This document shows, one piece after another, positions 56,163 to 59,168 of a stretch of DNA of 59,168 nt; the first letter of the stretch is position 1, and each line of letters begins with the position of its first letter. The stretch is from IMG/VR virus record IMGVR_UViG_3300048837_000773, positions 1-59,168 of that record; one strand, 5' to 3'. The stretch comes from a virus. Lineage: Duplodnaviria > Caudoviricetes. The notes beneath the pieces are model-generated. The model worked only from the letters and a program-made list of their open reading frames with translations. It was not told the origin of the DNA and ran no database searches. A program made the position numbers and the translations under genes.

Positions 56163-57572
56163 TTGAACCCGACGCCGAAGGAACTTGCAGAACAACATGA
56201 CGCCGGTTTGACATACGCAGAAATCGGCGAGCGTTATGGAAAATCGGGCGACTGGGTCGCCGGGCGAATTCGCCGGTATCTGAACCGGCAGCGGCTTCGT
56301 GAAGCGGCTCGGAGCGCGGCGCTTGACCGGGGAGCGGATCAGGCGCCGCCTGTTGAAACGGACGGAGACGGGGAAGTGGGTGGGGATAAGATCGAGATTG
56401 TCTCCAGCCAGAACAGCCAGGAGATTGACACACGCAGCCGGAGGATCCAGACGCTCGAGCAGCTGCTCGAGGCTTGCAAGGTGGACCTGGATACATGGAG
56501 CGTGGACCATTACGTGGTCAACAAATGGGAAGTGGGGTCAAAAGACCCGGATGGTCAGATCGCGGTGGCGCCGCTATTTCAGGTGAAGGCCTGGTTGGTG
56601 CGGAAGGTGCCGGTCAAAGTGCGACCGGTGGTTTCGCCGGTGGAGATCCAGGTGCGCGCGCGCGCGATTCCGCGATCGCATTCGCGCGAAATGAAGGCGG
56701 CGCTGTGCCTGGCGGATCCACACTTTGGTTTTCGAAAGGACATGGTGAGCGGTGCGCTGCAGCCGTTTCACGACCGGCGGGCGCTGGATGCCGTGTTGAA
56801 AATCGCCTACGTGCTGGCGCCGGATGACGTGTTTTTCCTGGGCGATGTGAATGATTTTGCAGGATGGTCGGATAAATTCCTGAAAGAACCGGGGTTTTAT
56901 TTCACGACACAACCGGCGCTGATCGAAGCGGCGTGGGTGATCGGGCAATTTAAGGCGGCGACACGTGGGGGACGGACGGTCCTCATCGATGGGAATCACG
57001 ACGTGCGGCCCGAGCGGGCGATGGTGAATCACCTGGTGGAGGCGTATCAGCTGCGCGCGGCGGATCAAATGGAGCTGCCGGCGGTGATGAGCATCGATAA
57101 CTTGCTGGGGCTTTCGCGGATGGGGGTGGAGTACCTGGAGGGCTACCCGGACCGAGACGTGTGGATCAACGAGCACGCGCGGCTGATCCATGGTGAAAAA
57201 GTGCGCGCGCAGCCAGGCCAGACGGCCGCGGCGGTGGTGCGAGATGCACACGAGACTACGGTTTTCGGCCACATTCACCGGCGCGAGATGGCCACCAAGA
57301 CCATCGCCGGCCGGCGGGGGCCGCGGCTGGTGCAGGCGTACTGCCCTGGCTGCCTGTGTCACGTGGATGGGCGCGTGCCGGGGTCCAGCCGGCGGGCGCA
57401 GTGGCAGCAGGGCGCGGTGGTGATCTGGTACAACGATGAGACGTGCAATATCACTCCGATCGACATCGAAAACGGCCACGCGTTCTTCAATGGCCACGTT
57501 TTCGAGGGCGAGGATTACGCGCGCGAGCTTTCGCAGCAAACCGGCTGGGAGTTTGGCAGAGATGCGCTATAA
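56163..57572 (+). CDS. HTH + calcineurin-like metallophosphoesterase
   Basis: GLTYAEIGERYG HTH; DPH, GDVND, GNHD, HG, GHIH motifs. Confidence 0.8.
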   Translation: MNPTPKELAEQHDAGLTYAEIGERYGKSGDWVAGRIRRYLNRQRLREAARSAALDRGADQAPPVETDGDGEVGGDKIEIVSSQNSQEIDTRSRRIQTLEQLLEACKVDLDTWSVDHYVVNKWEVGSKDPDGQIAVAPLFQVKAWLVRKVPVKVRPVVSPVEIQVRARAIPRSHSREMKAALCLADPHFGFRKDMVSGALQPFHDRRALDAVLKIAYVLAPDDVFFLGDVNDFAGWSDKFLKEPGFYFTTQPALIEAAWVIGQFKAATRGGRTVLIDGNHDVRPERAMVNHLVEAYQLRAADQMELPAVMSIDNLLGLSRMGVEYLEGYPDRDVWINEHARLIHGEKVRAQPGQTAAAVVRDAHETTVFGHIHRREMATKTIAGRRGPRLVQAYCPGCLCHVDGRVPGSSRRAQWQQGAVVIWYNDETCNITPIDIENGHAFFNGHVFEGEDYARELSQQTGWEFGRDAL

Positions 57573-57670
57573 TCGAAAAAGTAAACCCACCACGCCTCTG
57601 GCCTGTGGTCATGCGCAACGAGGGTCGCTGACCAGCGCGCGCGGCAGGCGCCGGCGATTGCCTGACCGCG

Positions 57671-57713
57671 AAAAAAAGTACAGCTCCGGAGAACATCCGG
57701 AGCTGCTTTTTAT
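57671..57713. terminator. Bidirectional intrinsic terminator
   Basis: aaaaaaag..cagctccgga-gaaca-tccggagctg-ctttttatt between convergent genes. Confidence 0.75.
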
Positions 57714-57925
57714 TCACGCGGTTTGCGGATACAGTAGGGGTTGACCAGGCGGAGCAGGCCTCGATCGACCAGGTCATAGGCGAGGTCAAGATCAACGTGG
57801 GTGCGCTCGCCAGCGATGACCAGGCGGCCGTTGGCCTGGACCATGATCCAGACGCCTGGCTCATCCAGCCGGCGGAGCAGCTCTTCGGGGTCCGTGATGC
57901 GGTTCCAGTTTTTCATAGGTTCCAA
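57710..57925 (-). CDS. Small hypothetical protein coupled to the integrase
   Basis: 71-aa ORF overlapping the integrase stop. Confidence 0.5.
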   Translation of the reverse strand: MEPMKNWNRITDPEELLRRLDEPGVWIMVQANGRLVIAGERTHVDLDLAYDLVDRGLLRLVNPYCIRKPRE

Positions 57926-58866
57926 TTATCCACTGGGCTGGCAATGCGATGACCGCGGTCGATATCGATTTGGGCAATGCGCAGATAGGTACGCACCATT
58001 TCCATGGTGGTGTGGCCCAGCAGCTCCTGGAGGGTATAGGCATCGCCACCATTGCGCAGGTACTGGATGGCAAAGGTGTGGCGAAAGCGATGGGGGTGCA
58101 CGTCTTGCACGCCGGCACGTTCGCCGGCGGTGTGGAGCAGCTTGAGCAGCTGGATGCGATCAAGCGCGTGGTTCTGACCGGTTTTGAATAACGGCGCGTT
58201 GACGTTCTCGCCTTTTCGAGTGGTCAGGTATTTAAAAAGGGCCTGGCCTGTACGGGCAGAGAAAGGCAGCTTGCGCTCTTTGTCGCCTTTTCCGAATGGG
58301 ATGGCATACCGGTTGCGCATGTCTACCTCGATGATTTTTAGGGAGCAGATTTCGGTTGCGCGCATGCCGGTATCGAGGAGGAGCATGATGATGGCGCGGT
58401 TGCGATCGGCTTCCGGAAGTTTATGACGACTGGTGCGCTTTCCAGGCCGGGAGTAGGGTTTGGAGTAGGTGAGCTGGTCGAGGATCCGGCGCACGTCATC
58501 CTCGGTGTAGGGGACGATGGCGCGCTCTTCTGGTTGGGGCGGTTGGATTTTACGCACCACGTTTTCCTGTACGTGTTCGAACAGGACTGCCCAAGACCAG
58601 AGGGCGCTGAGGCCGGTGTGGTAATTGAGCACGGTTTTTTTGGAGACCGTGGTCTGGGCAGCCAGAAAGGCTTCAACGTGGGAATAGGTTATGGCAGCGA
58701 GTGGCAGGTCTTCGCGCAGGAAAGCGGCGAATTTGCGATAGGTGGTCATGTAATCGGCAATGGTGTGGTCTGATTTGTGGCGGGCCTGAAGATTGAGTTG
58801 GATCCCGTCAACAGCCTGGGAAAAGGTGATGCCATCGTATATGGCGATTGGTTTCTTCTTGCGCAT
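57913..58866 (-). CDS. int: Phage tyrosine integrase
   Basis: DTGMRATE, GKGDKER, HPHRFRH, LLGHTT, TYL; ggagg RBS before ATG 58866; adjacent to att/tRNA. Confidence 0.92.
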   Translation of the reverse strand: MRKKKPIAIYDGITFSQAVDGIQLNLQARHKSDHTIADYMTTYRKFAAFLREDLPLAAITYSHVEAFLAAQTTVSKKTVLNYHTGLSALWSWAVLFEHVQENVVRKIQPPQPEERAIVPYTEDDVRRILDQLTYSKPYSRPGKRTSRHKLPEADRNRAIIMLLLDTGMRATEICSLKIIEVDMRNRYAIPFGKGDKERKLPFSARTGQALFKYLTTRKGENVNAPLFKTGQNHALDRIQLLKLLHTAGERAGVQDVHPHRFRHTFAIQYLRNGGDAYTLQELLGHTTMEMVRTYLRIAQIDIDRGHRIASPVDNWNL

Positions 58867-58884
58867 CCGTGTATCCTCCGGTTC

Positions 58885-58900
58885 CGGAACGAGTGTTCCG
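58885..58900. promoter_or_regulatory. Putative LexA (Cheo-type) SOS box upstream of the integrase
   Basis: CGGAAC-GAGT-GTTCCG, matches GAAC-N4-GTTC, about 20 bp from the start codon. Confidence 0.55.
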
Positions 58901-59019
58901 ATAATATCGGCATTAGTTCTGATAATTGGTTCGCCGATTTTTTTTAAACCTGAGGGGTCGAACGCGGTTTTTCCCCGTGATGCATTTGGTTTGAAAAGAG
59001 GGGTTGGAGGGTGAAGCAA

Positions 59020-59058
59020 AGACCTCACGGATAGACGTTCTATCTACCCGTGAGGTCT
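59020..59058 (-). terminator. Phage-supplied hairpin downstream of the tRNA
   Basis: agacctcacgg / ccgtgaggtct inverted repeat followed by a short T-run on the minus strand. Confidence 0.55.
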
Positions 59059-59070
59059 GCGGTTGTCATT

Positions 59071-59114
59071 TGTCGGGGCGGGCGGATTTGAACCGCCGAC
59101 CTCACGGACCCGAA
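59071..59114 (-). repeat. att core copy, right prophage boundary
   Basis: Identical to 78-121. Confidence 0.95.
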
Positions 59115-59147
59115 CCGTGCACTCTATCCGGACTGAGCCACGCCCCG
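59073..59147 (-). tRNA. tRNA-Pro(CGG)
   Basis: CGGGGCG acceptor, CACGG-TTCGGGT-CCGTG anticodon arm, GGCGG-TTCAAAT-CCGCC T-arm. Confidence 0.95.
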
Positions 59148-59168
59148 CTGACCTCCCTATTCTACCAT

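Larger units (their letters stand above)
78..59114. mobile_element. Complete temperate prophage (siphovirus-like) integrated in tRNA-Pro(CGG)
   Basis: 44-bp direct repeat at both ends matching the tRNA 3' half; integrase next to the tRNA; full set of terminase, portal, capsid, tail, tape-measure and lysis genes in between. Confidence 0.95.

Noticed and set aside
58867-59028. N-terminal extension of the integrase ORF to 59028
   Set aside because: Runs through att-arm and regulatory sequence; a good RBS precedes ATG 58866

Overview
The window is essentially one complete ~59.0-kb temperate siphovirus-like prophage (78-59114). It is integrated into a tRNA-Pro(CGG) gene: the intact tRNA lies on the minus strand at 59073-59147, a 44-bp att core is duplicated at 78-121 and 59071-59114, and a tyrosine integrase sits next to the tRNA. 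From left to right it carries an immunity switch, a second XerC/D-like recombinase with a catalytically dead paralog, two tRNA-like cloverleaves, an FtsK/TraB-like ATPase, a ParA system with a 12-bp repeat array and a primase-helicase. These are followed by early hypotheticals, an autonomous SNF2/PAPS-reductase/GNAT/ParB (IbrAB-like) module, holins, terminase, portal, an orphan N6-adenine methylase, head, tail and lysin genes. The most striking unexplained feature is a genome-wide array of 17 symmetric dif/Xer-like sites (consensus AGAACCGATAA-N6-TTATCGG). They are spaced about every 1.4-5 kb, lie mostly on gene or module boundaries, and each has a different central spacer. Together with the extra recombinase, its dead paralog and the FtsK-like protein, they may form an undescribed site-specific module-exchange or genome-organising system. 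A Chloroflexi host is suggested by a C-terminal YLPxVxR motif and a GAAC-N4-GTTC box, but this is inference only. All protein calls come from motif recognition by eye; no database searches were run.
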